From Fimicolochytrium jonesii (taxonomy: Eukaryota): a stretch of 64,000 nt of DNA. The first letter of the stretch is position 1; each line of letters starts with the position of its first letter. The translations under genes were made by a program, and so were the position numbers. Location of the stretch: positions 310,001 to 374,000 of the forward strand of contig NW_026515673.1 in assembly GCF_025526975.1 (NCBI RefSeq). The letters are read 5' to 3'. This document shows, piece by piece, positions 37,032 through 51,251 of this stretch. The notes under the pieces were generated by a model. That model was given only the letters and a program-made list of their open reading frames with translations, searched no databases and was not told the origin of the DNA.

Positions 37032-39504
37032 ATGGCTGAAGGCGACTATGCTGCTCTCAAAAGGTTGTTTGCCGACATCCGCCACTACAAGGACGACGGG
37101 TGCGTGTTAGAGGCCGGCCTTCGATATAGTCGGGGAGAGTCAGACGGGTCGCCATCGGGGTTTCTCCCGGCTCTGCTGGGGGACTTGCGAAGCCTTTGCG
37201 CAATCCTAGGCTGAGACCTCTGTTTGGCAACCTCTGGAACTGACTTTCCCCATCGCTTTCCCACACCCAATTTCAGGGGTCGTCTACTCGCCGAGCATTT
37301 TCTCACGCTCCCCCCTCGGAGCGCTTACCCGGACTACGACGACATCATAGCGAAACCGATGGCACTGAACAGTATACAGGCGCGCCTAGATCGGAACAAA
37401 TATCGAAATCTAAGCGCATTAAAAGCAGATGTCGAGCTCGTATTCGAAAACGCCAGAAAATACAACGCTCCACAATCGAGGATATATAGGGATGCGCTGT
37501 TTCTGTTGGTAGGCCCACATTATGCCATTTTATCGATCTGGCCCCTCTTGCTGATGCTTTCCACGACATCAGCAACGGTTTCGACAAGGGGCGGATGCGA
37601 TCGAGGGCAAAAGTACAACAGGGAACAAGACCGCGCCAGCCCCGGCAAAGTCTGTAAAGAAAGAGCAGCCCGCTCAACCATCCCAGCAATCCACGAAAGC
37701 CTTGGACCGCGTGTTGGGTGCCATTGAAGCGAATGATATGGACCTGCTCCTCGCCTTCTTACCGAAGCTCCACGACATAAATGCATTGGGCGAAACGAAT
37801 CTCTTCGGGAAGGCGTTCACTTGGGCACCGCTACATGCAGCAGCGTATTATGGAAACCCAGAGATGGTGGAGCTGCTGATTGAGCGCGGGGCAAATGTGG
37901 AGTTGTCGGATACGTGGTATCATTCGGTATGTTGACCGCTCTCCCAATTGGGAAACGCAATAGGGGACCGGCATGCTGAATGAAATCCCGTCCCGCGTCA
38001 CAGAGGCCATTGGGTTGGGCTGCATACGCTGGAAATCTGGCCATATGCACTCTCTTGATCGAAAAGTACCATGCGGACGTGACTTTTGCAAACATCGGAG
38101 GGCAGACAGCGTTCGATATGGCAGCTGATTCGGGAGAACCAGGTTGGAAGGAGCTGTTCCACAAGGTAAGCTGACACTTGAATGATACCACGGGGACGGA
38201 ACCAGCCTCTCAAGCTACGCTCTGTTCCCAGGCCGAGAACGCGAAACCGACAATCAAAATCGTCAGTCACAAACGCAAGAGCGCCAATGAAGATGAACTA
38301 GATGAGGCAGGCACAGGAGGTGCCAGAAAGCGCACCCGTCACGGTGATGCAACGCCATTAGCATCAACCGGCCCTGCCTCAGCCGGGCAGAGTAACCCGG
38401 CCCTCAAAATAGTCTTCAAGAACCCCCATACCGTCTCAGACGATCGCTCGCCGCATTCCGCGTCTTCGTCAGCGCCCGTATCGCCCGATAGGCACGGACC
38501 GTCTACGGTCAAGATAAAGATCCCACTCCCTAAAGTGAGTGGAGCGCCAAGTCCGGGAAGGTCGTCTTCGCCTACCAACAATTCGAAGGATGCTGTCTCC
38601 GGCCCAACTGTGCCTGCGATGGCCATAGTGGAGGCCCTGAAGTCCGAAACAAACGCCCCACATACTGTTCCAGCGGTCTCAAAACCCACCGCGGGTCCAT
38701 CCGACATGTTCATAGACATCGAAGATGTCTCCGAAGACGACGACGACAACCCAGCAGCGGAGGTACAACAGGACCAGAAGTCGGTACCGCCGCAACAACC
38801 TCACATGCCACCGTCACAACCTGCCGTACCCGGCCAGTTTGGATCCGCGCCGGCGGTACATACGCATGGAGTACCGTATACCGGCACGCTGCCGCCGACG
38901 AGAGGTTTAGTAGATCGGAACGTAGCCGCGTCGGGTATCGGGGGTGGCTCGCCGCTTTTCCGGGCGCCGGTTGATGTGCCACCGCCACGTAAGTCCTTCC
39001 AGTTCCTCCCCATCCAAAAAGAGTCGTATCAACTAAACCCTATCTGTTCCTCCAACAGAACCCTCTCTAGTAACCTCCCTCGGCCTCGTCTCCAACGATG
39101 ACCACATCCGCACCATCCTCCCCATCCCCACCTCAAAAACCCACCACGCCCTCACGTGCCCCCGCAAAGTCAAATCCCTCAACCTCCGTCTCCTCCTCCT
39201 CCCTTCCCCCACACTCAACTACACCATCTCCGGGACCCATCTCTACCGCCAGGACTCCCAACTCCTCCCCGCTGGGCCTAGGCAGTTACCGCCCGCAAAT
39301 CCACGGAGGAAGGATTTAGTGTTCAAGACGGCGGGAGCGACGGTGTGGGATTGTTTGGTGTCGGTGGAGGAGGGGGTTAATGTGTTTGAGTTTTATGTGG
39401 TGGGCGCGTTGGCGGGTCAGGGGGCGCAGACGGGGGGTTATGTCCTGCAGCCGCCGGTGGGGTTCGTGGAGCAGAAGGTGGTTTTGTTTATGAATAAGGT
39501 GTGA
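37032..39504 (+). CDS. Bromodomain plus ankyrin-repeat protein with C-terminal beta-rich domain, multi-exon
   Basis: GRLLAEHFLTLP..YPDY..IAKPMALNSI..LVFENARKYN..SRIYRDA; ankyrin motifs APLHAAAYYGNPEMVELLIERGANV, RPLGWAAYAGN and GQTAFD. Confidence 0.8.
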
Positions 39505-39786
39505 AAAGTGTAGTGCGTCGCCTCCCGTGGCGTGGAGCAGGAGGTGGTTTTGCATATGAATAAGGCTGTGGAAGTGTGTAGATGTACAGGCTGCGCTTTT
39601 GAGCGACGGACTACTGAATATAAGGCCCCGGGTATCGCCGAGGCGAGCCAATCGTTTTGTGAAGCAGTTGAGATATGTATTACTTTGAAAGAATGTGCAC
39701 TAGAACAACCTTGCCCAAAAAAAAACTATGTACGACTATGCAAGGTTCCCACGCCGTACAAAGCTACATCACGTCAACAACGGCCC

Positions 39787-42700
39787 CTACTCCCGCCTGG
39801 GCAAACTCTCCACCGTCCGCACAGCCTCCACAACCTCCTTCGCCACCGCATCCACCAACCCCCAGTACGAGCTCGCGTTCTCCTCCCTCGCAAACATATT
39901 CATATGCGCCGCAATCTCATCCCCACAATCGCTATGCACCGACAGGAACATGTGTGCGAAATCCTGCGGGGGCAGGGCGATGAATGTGCGTGGTGGCGGG
40001 GCCGGGTGGGAACCGGGGGATGGGCGGGCGGATTTGAGGTATTCTGCGAACTTTTTGCCGGTCGGGGTTTGGGTGGTGGGTGGGTCTTGGGAGGGGTTCG
40101 TGGTGGAGGAGGATGTGCCGGGTTCGGGGGTGGGGTCGGTTGGGTGGCGGGTTAGGAGTGGGGCGGACTTTGCTCGGCGGATGCGGTCGGTGGAGGAGGA
40201 TTCAAACACGTCGTCGTCGTTGAGGCTGTCCTCGACGGCGGCGGGAGGTCTGGGCGGTGGGGCGGGCGGGGTGCCGGAAGGAGATATGGATGGAGAAGCG
40301 GCGAGTGATGATGCCGCAGATCCCGCAGGGGACTGGCGCGAGGCGGCCAGTTTTGCTGCAAAAGCGGCTGCGACGGGTGATCTGAGCGGTTGTGGATGTA
40401 CGATGGTGGGTGGTTCGGCAGGTTTGAGGATTGAGGGTGTCGTAAGACTGGAAAGTGCATCCCAATTTGAAGGTGTGGCCGGCGCCGTTTCTGCCTGTTT
40501 CTCGCTTTCCGTAGTCGGGGATGGGGTTGGGATGGGGGATGCGCCAACCACTGTCGCGAGACGGGCTTTGAGGCGGTCCTTACTTGCGCTCGACACATGT
40601 GCCTTCGCGTCGGTGAACACCGAATCCGGCAACTGGCTTGCTGTTTGCGAACCCGCCGTGCCTTCCGTGGTAGTCTCAGGCTCACGCTTGCCAAAATTTT
40701 GCACATCATCGCCCTTACTTCCGTCGGCCTTCTCAGCGGTCGTGTCTGGCGGCGCCGTGATTTTGAGCGGAGCAGGCGGTAGCTATGTAACGCATAGAAG
40801 TAGAATGTAAGCATCCGCGCCACCTCCCAACAAACTCAGAGGATTTCGACTCGAAACATACCATAACATAAAAACACTTAAACCGCAGCCTCCCCGCTTC
40901 CATCTCCGCCATCACATCACCCAACCGATCATTCAGCTGCTTGGTCCCCGTTCCCCACAACGGGTACAAGAACTGCAAATGCTGTCGAGCTTCCTCCGCA
41001 TGCGACAGCGCATACGCGACGGCAACGCGGCGGACGACGGGTCCTGCGTAGATCAGGCCGCCGGAATAGTAGGCGCCGGCAGCCATTGCCGCGCCCGCCA
41101 AGCCTAAGCGGACCCAAGGCGCCCAATTCGACTCTTTGGGGATGGGATGCAGGCCCATTGCGCTGGCAGCTGCGTCGGATGGGGTATCGGTTGGGTCATT
41201 CGGGAATGGGATTAACGGTGCTAGTTCGCTTCCTACCGTGGACGGATCTACAGCATCGGTAGCTTCGTTCGAGGAGTCCCTCGCGATCGTTTCCTGGCTA
41301 TGGTTGACTTCAGCATTTGCGGCCGCTACAGCGGCTGCGAATATCACCGCTTCATCTTGCATCATTTCGGGCGCAAGTGTTGCCGGAGATTGCGCATTAT
41401 CGGGCACGGCAGAAACTTCCTCCATCTGAACTGCCTCTGGTACGACGACGGGTAAGCTGTCTACGTCCGCCACCACATTCATTGGATCCGCCGATGTCGG
41501 CGCTGCCGCGTCCGTCGTGTTTGTAGAAGCAGCTTCGTCCGGCTTCGGCGATGCTCCCCTCATTCGTGAAGTCAACATTGAAGGAAGCAGCGCGACTGAC
41601 TGTAACGCAGTACTCCCTAAAGAAACAGTAGCCCCTGGAAGCGACGTGACTGCAGTATATCCCATACTTCCTAGAGATGCAGTCGCCCCAGGAAGCGCGG
41701 TGACGGCATTGAATCCCATATGAAATCCCTGCGATGCAGCTCCTGGAAGCGCGCCAACGACGCCTTGCGCCGCTTCGGGTATGGAACCGACAGCACGGGT
41801 GCTATACCGCAGAGCCTCCGACGCGGCGTGCGGTAGTGCTCCAACGACGTTTGTGCTTGCTTGCACGCCAGCTCCGACGACCTGCGGAATAGATTGCAAG
41901 GCGTTGCTGAATGGCAAACCAGGGGTTGGAATGGCAGGCATCGGTGGTAATGGCGGGACATAATCGGAAATCACTTTCGCAGCCCTTGTGCCTGCAGCTG
42001 TGGTGTAGACGCGCGACTGGAGTCCGAAGAACGGCGCATCAAACGCGATGAGGCCAATAATGTTCACCGGTGGTCGCTTCGATATGCCTGGAGTTTGCGC
42101 TGGCAGTGATGGTGCCTCGGCCAGCGCGTCTCCGACGATCCCCTCGTTCGGAACAGGACCGGCTGCCGTCGCTGGCCGCGTAGGCGACGTTTGTTCAATC
42201 TCCACCTGCTCCGTTGCCGTCTTGAGATCCACCTTGTTGGTATCCTTTGGGTGCTTCTTTGCCCACCAAGAACCCGCTGCCCGAAACCACGAGCTCGGAG
42301 CGGCTTTGCTAGGGACCCCTTTATCCTTTCTTTCACCTGTTTTCAGCGTCTTATCTGAGGGAGGTTCCGGGTCTCCTAAGCCATACATCTTTCGAAAAGC
42401 ATCCACTACCATTAGGCCACCCATAGAGTGTGCTAGGATCACAACGCCAGAGTACCTGCAGGGGCAAAACGAATCAGACAATGGAACTGCCCCAGGCGAA
42501 GACTTTGATGAATGTGGATCACATACTCTGGCTGCGTGGCATTCAGCAGAAGCCAGTTGCATAGTTGATTAACTGCACGCGTTGGATCCCCTTTCTGCGA
42601 TCCGCCCGAAAACAAGAGTTCCGTTAGGCGATGTGTCATACTATGTGCTTCCACCCTCCAGCCATGCTACCACAACTCACGGTGTCAAATCGAGGAAAAA

Positions 42701-42923
42701 TCCTCGCCTCCATGTCCCAAACATGGTGCTTCGTCCTCACGCTCTGGGTCAAGTCCAGCGGGAAGTTTTCAAACGAGTGTTCGCTGCCGAGAAACCCGTG
42801 CACAAACAGGAGCATGACTTTGGGCCTGGAGAGGTGAGGCGCGTAGGTTCTATGGCCGGTCGCCCCATCTGTGGAAGCTACGAACGCCAGAGCGGTTGCA
42901 GCACTCTCCGTCTCCGCCGCCAT
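39787..42923 (-). CDS. Alpha/beta-hydrolase (DUF676-like putative serine esterase) with long low-complexity inserts
   Basis: LLFVHGFLGSEHSF..FP, nucleophile elbow VILAHSMGG, IIGLIAFDAPFFG, HLQFL and RTFIALP..DEIAAHMNMF motifs. Confidence 0.8.
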
Positions 42924-43438
42924 GGTCCAGTATCGGTTTAGGTATCCACAGGCCAAATCGTGTCACGTTTGCGTTGTCGGCGTTCCAGCTCTATGGACCT
43001 GGTCCTTTCAGGGTGTATTCCGGTGGGAAGTGTCTACAGTAGAGAATTGTGTATATGTGGTATCAGTTGCCTGTTCGGGTTTCGCCGATGCCGGTGTCTT
43101 TCGGTGGTTGCGACTCTTCGAGGGGAAAGAAAGCCAAGGAAGCGGCTGTGGGGTAGGGGCCACATTGACGGGAGGGTGACGTTTCTGAGGATTGACAGCA
43201 CCGTCACCAAGGGACTGCCTTCCTACTTGCGCATTTGCCAACGACAACTTCCTTCTCCGGAGACCAAACATATCCAGCCTTCACACCACCACAGAGATCG
43301 CTAATGACAAAGGCTCATGTATTTCGTGAAACAGTATAATATGCTCCTGAAAAGTTACGCGGCTTAGTCAGCCCCACCAGCTTGTAAGAGTCCCATCAGG
43401 ATCAGGATATCACCCCACACCAACATCTCCGCACTCGA

Positions 43439-46400
43439 CTACCGCCGCGAGTGCGGGCTGTAATGCCGCCCACCTCGGCGGTCCCGACTTCTATCCCGGT
43501 CGCGCCCTCCACCGCCGCTCCCGCCGCCGCCCCCTCGAGACCCCCGCCGGCGATCGATATCACGATCACGGTCACGGTCCCTGTCCCAGTCGCGGTCCCG
43601 GTCTCTCTCCCGATCGCGCCCACCACGCTCGCGCTCGCGCTCTCGGTCCCGCCGCCGGTCCCGTTCCCGGTCCTGCTCCCGCTCACGATCCAAGTCGCGG
43701 TGCCGGTCGCGGCGGTCGTACCGGTCGTCGTCGTATCGATGATCGCGGTTCCGACTACGGCTACGACTTCGTTCGCGGCTTCCGTCTCTCTCCCGCACGG
43801 TTCGATCCCGTCCGCGATCTCTTGACCGGGATCGGTCCCGCGACCGCGAGCGCCCTCGCGCACTTTCACGGACGTCGCGGTGAGCATCACTACCCCGTCG
43901 TCCTCGTGGCGGCGATGGGCTACGAGATTTTCGCGGCGGCGGGCTGCTGGATCTTGGAGGCGGCCCGCGCACAGGGCTCCTTTCCTTCACCTTCACCTCG
44001 ACCTTCTTAGGGATGCGGTAACCTTCGCCCAACCCCGCTAATATGCCGCTATGTCGCTTCGTGGGTCGAGATAGGTTGTCAGGAATCTCTTCCAATTTGC
44101 GCTTAGCAACTCCCACCATACGATCCCCACCGTCTTCATCATGTGATTTTCCCTCATCTCCGTCCGACGACCGGCGCCGTTGTGATGCTGGGGGAGAATC
44201 GGGCTCCTCAGTAGGGGTGTGCGGAGGGGTTTCCCCTCCGTCACGGCGTAACTTGTGAGGTCGAGCCTTTATGTCGTTTCGATTGGGTGAGGAAGATGCG
44301 GGGCGTTTACGCCTGCCTTTCTCGCCTTCGACAGGCGAAGGTGGCTGCGCTTCCTGTGCTGCTTTTGGCTTGGCCTCTCGGTCGACAAGTCTCGATTCGT
44401 AAAACTGACGGAGAATTCTCCAATCCATTACTTTGCCTGCGTCGCTCAGGAACAGATGGTTCTCCGCAATATACCGCAGTATTTGTGCTTCGCGCCCTTT
44501 CTGTGCGCGTGGGGTCAGATCCCATGTTTTTAATTCATCACTGATATGGTCAGCGACCGGGATGAACTCTCCAAGGAATCTGGCTTGGATCCATTCTGCT
44601 TTCCGCACGTCGTCTTGAGGAGGTTGCTGCTTTAATGCCCTCAGTTGTTTTCCCATGCTACGCAACATCGACTTGAACTTTTCCGCATATTTTTCGAAGC
44701 CAGCAGAGAGATCCTTTTCTTCTCCGTTCGTTCGCTTTTGTGGTTCTGGGAGCGTCTGCGGTGTTGAATTGCTAGGCTCTCGCTCCCTCTTGGCACGCCC
44801 GTTGCCAGCTGTTCGTGGTGTGTTCGTGACGTCTCCCCCTTCCTGTCGTCTGCCAATTTTTAAGTTGATCTTGCTGGGTATCTTGCCGCTGGGTTGTTTC
44901 CCCGCCTTTCGTTCCTTCTTCACTGCTCGCATTTGGTCCTTGCGCGCTTTCAGCTCCTTGAGCAAGTAGAGAGCGCGCCGATCAAGATGCAACTTCTTCG
45001 GAAGAAGCTTGTCCTTTTGATCCGTGCTGCGTTCGCCACCAAGATGGAACTTCCCACTGAGTCCCAGCTCCTCGTCCTCCTGCATTGCTCGCCAGTTCCC
45101 AAATCCATGCTTGTACATGCCCACGAGCATCATCGAGTCGTCTTTGATATCCCACGACGGTGTGGAATTCCACTTGGTAGTTGCGCCAAGGTCGGTGTTG
45201 TCCAGACGGAACGCTGACAGTCGGGGATGACCACTCATCTCCTCGATAAGCGACTCCATCAAAGGCGCCCGTTCCAACATCTTTCGGGCGTTTATTTCCT
45301 TCGCGCCTTTGTACTCCACATGTATCGCCTTCTCTTTCTCGGCTTTCGTAGGGCCGCGCCCCTCCAATGACTTCTCATGAGATCGAATTGCATCTTCGCA
45401 GGCTGCCAATATCCCCTGCGCGTGCTCCTTCACGACCTGAGGGTCCTTGTCCTCTAAGCCAGCAGCGGCAACGAGATCAGGGAACTTCAAGTCCACATTC
45501 CCCCACATCATCAGAGCACTGACTAAATTTTCCACTGCCTTTCGGTCCAGAGTGGTGGCCTGCGCGGCTGCATTCTTCTTGCGAGATTTCCCGTTCTTGG
45601 CTGGTACCGGCTTCTCTGCATCTGCGGCCTTACTTTTCCCCTTTTTGGCAGGTGTAGGTTTGACCGGTGGCGGGATGGCGTCAGGGAACAGCTTATCGGC
45701 TTGATTACGCTCGTCTTCTCCGGTAGGGACCAAGCTGTCCCAAGCGAGCTGGTTCACTTCTACCGTCATCGACTCCCATCTTTTCATAAATTCCTCACTG
45801 CCTCCAGAGGCGCTTTGTGCATGTCCCAACTCAGTTTCCTCAGCTGTAGCTAGAATCTCGTCCAAGTCTAGCCTGCCTGCAGTGGCTCCCCCATTCTCAT
45901 CCGCCCTAGCTTCTGCGGTTTCGGCTTGCTCAAAAAGCTTCTTGGCTCCGAATTTCAGGATGGTTGACAGTTCATCGCCCGAGGGCTTTGCAAGCTCTTC
46001 AGTAAGCTTCCGGTCATCAACAGGTCCTCCATTCTCCATCTGTTGAATGATGGCGTACTCTAGAACCATCTTTCGTTTGGCGCGTTCTACAATTTGTTCC
46101 TCGATGGAGTTCGCGGATATAAGTCGGTAAACTTGCACATGATTTTTCTGACCAATTCGATGCGCTCTGGCAATAGCTTGGAGATCTACACGAACAAAGG
46201 TTTGTCAAAACGACACCGCCGTAAACTGTTGGCAAGCTTTCACTTACCATTCTGAGGATTCCAGTCCAGGTCAAACAAGATAACGGTATCTGCCGTTTCC
46301 AAATTGAGACCGAGCCCCCCAGCTCGGGTACTCAGAAGGAAAGCAAAGTCCGTACTGCCAGGAGCGTTGAAATGATCCATCGCTCTCTTCCGCGATTCCG

Positions 46401-49400
46401 AATTCACCGTACCGTCCAACCGTTGAAATTGATGACCGCGATAGGTCATGTAATCGGCCAAGAGATCAAGCATCATCACCATTTGGGAAAAGACAAGAAC
46501 GCGACGTCCCTGAGCTTTGCATCGGGTCAAAAGCTGATCGAAGACCATGAATTTTCCGGAACTTCTGACGAGCTCACGGCACGCTTCATTGCGATCAAGA
46601 TCCATGTTCCGAGTGTTCTTAAAGAGGAACGGCGTGTTGCTCGCCTTTTTGAGCTCCATGACGACGTTTTGAAGACTGATCTTCACGTCATTCTTCATCC
46701 CAGCGAAGTTCTTCGTAAAGATAGCCTTGTAGTACGTACTTTGCATGTCGCTCATCGGCACTCGCAGGATGCGCTCCGTTTTGCCCGGTAAAGATGTCTC
46801 TACATCTTTCTTCAAACGCCGAAGCATTATGGGTTTCAGAAGGCCGTGAAGATACTCGATTTTTGCTTTCTGCTCCTGATCATCGCTAGCATCGAGATCG
46901 ATTTCCAAGTTCATATCAATATGAGCTCCAGGCATCAGGAACTGTATGAGAGCCATCAGTTCCTGTACGTTGTTTTGCAGGGGCGTGCCAGTGATCAGGA
47001 GCCGGTTCGCAATCTTATATTCCTTGGAGAGGGTTTGGTGTAACTTCGAAGTTTCATTCTTGAGCCGATGAGCCTCATCAACCGCAAGGAAAGCCCACTT
47101 GATCCGGCCGAGGTGGGCTTTGTCTGTGATGATCATTTCGTAGGTAGTGAGCAACACGTTGAAGCGTATGTTCCTCTTCTCCGGGTCATGATAGAATTCG
47201 TTCTCGCGGATGATCGCTCGCCCTTTCCCGGTACCCTGATAGAGCACAACGTTCACGTCTGGAACCCATTTAGCAAATTCTCGCTGCCAAGCAGTGATTG
47301 TTCCCAAGGGCACGACAATCAAATGCGGACCAAAGAGTTTCATCTTGTGGAACAAGTAGCCGACGAAGGAGACTGTTTGAATCGTCTTGCCAAGGCCCAT
47401 CTCATCAGCAAGGATGCCGTTTTTGTCGTGATGCCATAAATCAGCCATCCAGTTGACTCCAATGACTTGGAAGTCTCGGAGCTCACCGCCCGTTAAGAAG
47501 TTCGCTGATTTGAAGGCCTTGTACTCGGGCCTTGCGCCGGCCCGGTAGGTCGCGCTTTTCGACGGGATCCGGCTGCTTGTCGCCCTTGCGAGGTACCGGT
47601 CGATCTCCAACTGATCCTCGGCAAGTGATGCCGCCGTCTCCCAGGTACACTCCTCGTAACCGAGACCGCGCCACTTCGTCAGATACATTGTTCCGGCGAA
47701 GTCACCGTCGGTTGGCTCCGAAGCAGCTCGATGGCAAATCACTCGGTCCACTTTTTTGTGGTCTTCTAGTATGTCCTTCTTATCGTTAAGCTCCATCAGG
47801 AGCCGCTCCCGATCCTCGTCAGTAGTGTCAGGGTCCGACAAAAGAAACTCTGTTTCTTCTCGCTCTTTCTGGAATTTTTCAATCTTCCTAAATCCTTTGA
47901 GCGGCTCCAGAAAAGCCGCATCACACCAATCAAGCTCGCGGAAGGATTTCCCTAGCCACTTCACAAGGTACTGTGTTTGTTCCTCAGTACGCCCATCTGG
48001 GGATGAAGGAGTCAGAAGTGGCTCTTCGCAATGACTCGCCGGAGACGAAGAGTGTGAGAGATGGTACCTTCGGTAGTCACAGCAACGGTGCGCGCATCAA
48101 AGAAGCCATCAATTACTGGTCCTGTGACTACAAAGGGGATTAGGACCCATCTATATAGGAAGAAAGTCTTCATATGACCAACCTTCTGCGTGTGCCAGAA
48201 CGACATCGTCCTCGAAGGGATCCTCATCACCGGAGCCCAAGCCAGCATCGTTCTCATTATAATCGAGTCCTGGGTTCCGTCGTCTGGTTGAGTATCTTGG
48301 TTCGTCTTCCCACATCATCGCATTCTTCTGCCGGCGACGTTTAGCGGCACTCGGAGATTCGAAGTCAGATTCCGAAGAATCTTCGCTATTGACGGGAGAA
48401 TCGTCCACGAAGTCATCACGATGCGCAACTACGAGTGACCTTGAGCGATCAGTTGCTGCAAACAAATCGAAGATGCCAACGAGGTACTAACCTTTCCGCT
48501 GACGCATAGGTGCCTTAGCCGTCGCCCGGCCCTTTCCAATCCGCTTCTTCCGCCTGCGACCATAACTATCATCGTTTCCATCGTCATCCGCAGATGAATC
48601 GTTCGATCCAAAGGTGTTCAAGCGCTCAGGCGCTGCTCGAGCCCGACCTGATCTCCTCAGAAGGTAGAGATCTGGATTCTCTTCAGCTAAGGCAAACTCA
48701 CTTCTGGAGGAACCTCTCTTGGGTTTGGCGACGGCCTGGCCTTTGCGAGCCGCCAGTCCTTTCCTTGCAGGAGCCCGGAAACTTTGTTCAGTTCCAAAAC
48801 TATCTTCGCTGAGCCGGTCTTCTTCCACCAGCTCATCAGCCTCCAAGGCAAAGTCTTTGTCGCCTGCTACGTCATCAGCGCTGCTGTCGCTTAAATCGAT
48901 TTCGGAGTCGGAATGCTCGCTGGGGACCCGGACGGATTGCGGCGCAGGTTGAACGCCGACATCTTCATCATCCGAATCGAAGATGTGGTCTAGTTCCGAG
49001 TCGCTGTCCTCCACGCGAGCTGTAGTAAGGACAGAAGGAAAGAGCATTTTTGGATGAACAACTTCGCTATGTTGCAAAATATAGCCATCGATACGTAAGC
49101 TGGAGTGGAGCAGCCGCCCAATGATACTGTGCGGTTGCCCTTCAGTAAAAGTGCTGCAAAAGCAGCTGCGACGACAAAGTGGTCGATGACACTTGGGTGA
49201 TCGGCGAACGTCTCAGCGTGAGTATACATAGGCCACGACGTCGGTTCAAGTCTTTGTGCGCCGCCGATATAGGGAAGGTGAACACTGAAGCCTTCAGAAG
49301 AGAAGCCTAAGGCTTTGCAACTACCAGCAGCCAATGCAGTCATGTACCTCTGACAGAGACGATGAAGGGCAGCCCAATGAAGGCCTGCAGCATGTGCGCC

Positions 49401-49551
49401 ACCGTCGACACTCGCTCCAGACGATGATTACATGCCAGTTTGCATTGCAGAACATCCGCACCGAGTCAAAGACTCGACCCATGACACTCCAGGGGATGAT
49501 GACCGGAAGGAAATGGGAACCGAACGTACCAGCGATGATTCCGGTAGCCAT
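43439..49551 (-). CDS. CHD1: CHD1/Hrp1-type chromodomain SNF2 chromatin remodeller with R/D/S-rich tail; first exon uncertain
   Basis: Tandem chromodomains ([26 protein letters not shown]), [44 protein letters not shown], and a SANT-SLIDE region ([21 protein letters not shown]). Confidence 0.93.
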
Positions 49552-51012
49552 CCTGGTATAATGATAGCACTCAGGGAATTCGAAGTCGTACCGAAGTCCG
49601 TGACGCACAGCCCTACTGGCACACACTGGCACTCGGGCGCTTTGGTCCGTAGCAACGACACCCCGTAAACAACAGTTGAGGAGGGTAGGGAGAGTGGTGC
49701 GGACTCAGGTGGAGTTGACAGTGGGTACAGTTATTACCAGTTGTTGTTTCTTTCCTGTCTTGTCTATACAAGGTACAGAAGTAAGAGACAGTAAGGTCAC
49801 CACCGTGTGTGAGTTTGGCGCCCCTAATCACTTTCTATCACTTACCCCAAAGAGAGAGAACACGCAAAAGAATGCACTGTCGAACGGGCTTCCGATACTA
49901 GCAACTCCTCCCAAATCTGCACAATCGGAAACTATTGTCGTTGATACATCTGAATCGGGTTGTTAAAACATTACCCAGAAAACTTACCTCCGGGGTTTCT
50001 AACGGATTGATGAGGTTGAGAGTCGGCAAGCAGCGGCGGATCGGAGACCAAGTGGGCGGGAAGGAGTGGGCACGAAAGAGACAAAAGAGCATAGGCGTTA
50101 GGGTCGCCGTCATTCTCGGAATGCTCTGCCCGCCCCTCCTCCTTTCCTTCCCAGCCTAACACTCACCTGCGACAAAAAGGATGTCTTTCAGCTCTAACTG
50201 TCTCCAGATTTGCCGGCTCTGGGTCATCGGGATACAGAAGGGAACGGAAAAGAGGGATTGGAAGGGAGGGGACGAGATGGTCCTCGTTGAGCGGAGTCGG
50301 TCAGGAGGATGCGCTGATGTAACTCATATGAACAAAGCCCGTATTTTAGTGGCTGAGCAAAGTTAAGATTCATAACATTCTCTCGAATGCTTACATCACA
50401 CGGATGCGGAGGCCACAAACCGTACTCTTGGGGGTATATATAACAACTGGCCGGGAGCGCTCTCTTCACTCGCTATGACATCTCTCTCCTGCTCAGTACC
50501 ACCTTGATGAAGCTAATATGGAAGCCCTCGATGCGCTCGCTTTGCTCGCACACCTCTTTGGGCTGTCTTCCTCAGGCGTCACAATGAAAGAGGAGCACTT
50601 TGACACTTTTCTGGGGTGATTCAAGCTCAACTTCCGCCTGACATGCACGACATGTCGGCCGCTCATATATAGATGGTAAGGTCATTGCACGGTTATTGAT
50701 ACGCACGGCGGTGTTTGGTGCTACACGTGCACCAGGAACATAACGGCCGTTGAACGAAACCGATTGATTTGCATTTTATGGAATCTCTTGCAGGCCTGGT
50801 AGATGACATAATCCGGCACTTAAACCAGTTTCGAGGGTATATAGACCGCAAGATATGAGAGCGAGAACCATATGGAGAAGGATTCAATTCCAGATATGTG
50901 GGCTGGTACGGAAGCGGAAGACGATTGACAGGTCACGTGCCTGATATTTTATATTTCGACAGCGCGACAATCATGTCGGGCCCTGGCAAAGTTATAAAGT
51001 GGAGTATAAGAA

Positions 51013-51251
51013 GGGAATTGCTAAGACGACACCCTTTTTTTTTTGACTAAAACGACACCCATATGCACGACTTTCTGGATAACTAACCTACCATAACAAC
51101 ACGCTCCGCTTCGGGACGGCCTTCGGCCGGTTAGGGCTGGGTGTTACTAACCCTAATCCTAACCCTAACCTAACCGGGGCACTTAACAATTAGGCCTCAG
51201 AAGGGGTGTCGTTTTAAACTGGCGACACCCGGTGTCGTTGTAGCATTTCCC
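51013..51251. mobile_element. 239-bp MITE with 21-bp imperfect TIRs, 8-bp TSD and internal telomere-like repeats
   Basis: TIR GGGAATTGCTAAGACGACACC versus GGGAAATGCTACAACGACACC (18/21). TATAAGAA is duplicated at 51005-12 and 51252-59. Confidence 0.88.

Noticed and set aside
51131..51175. True telomere or fusion scar
   Set aside because: The tract is short, degenerate and enclosed within a TIR/TSD-defined MITE.
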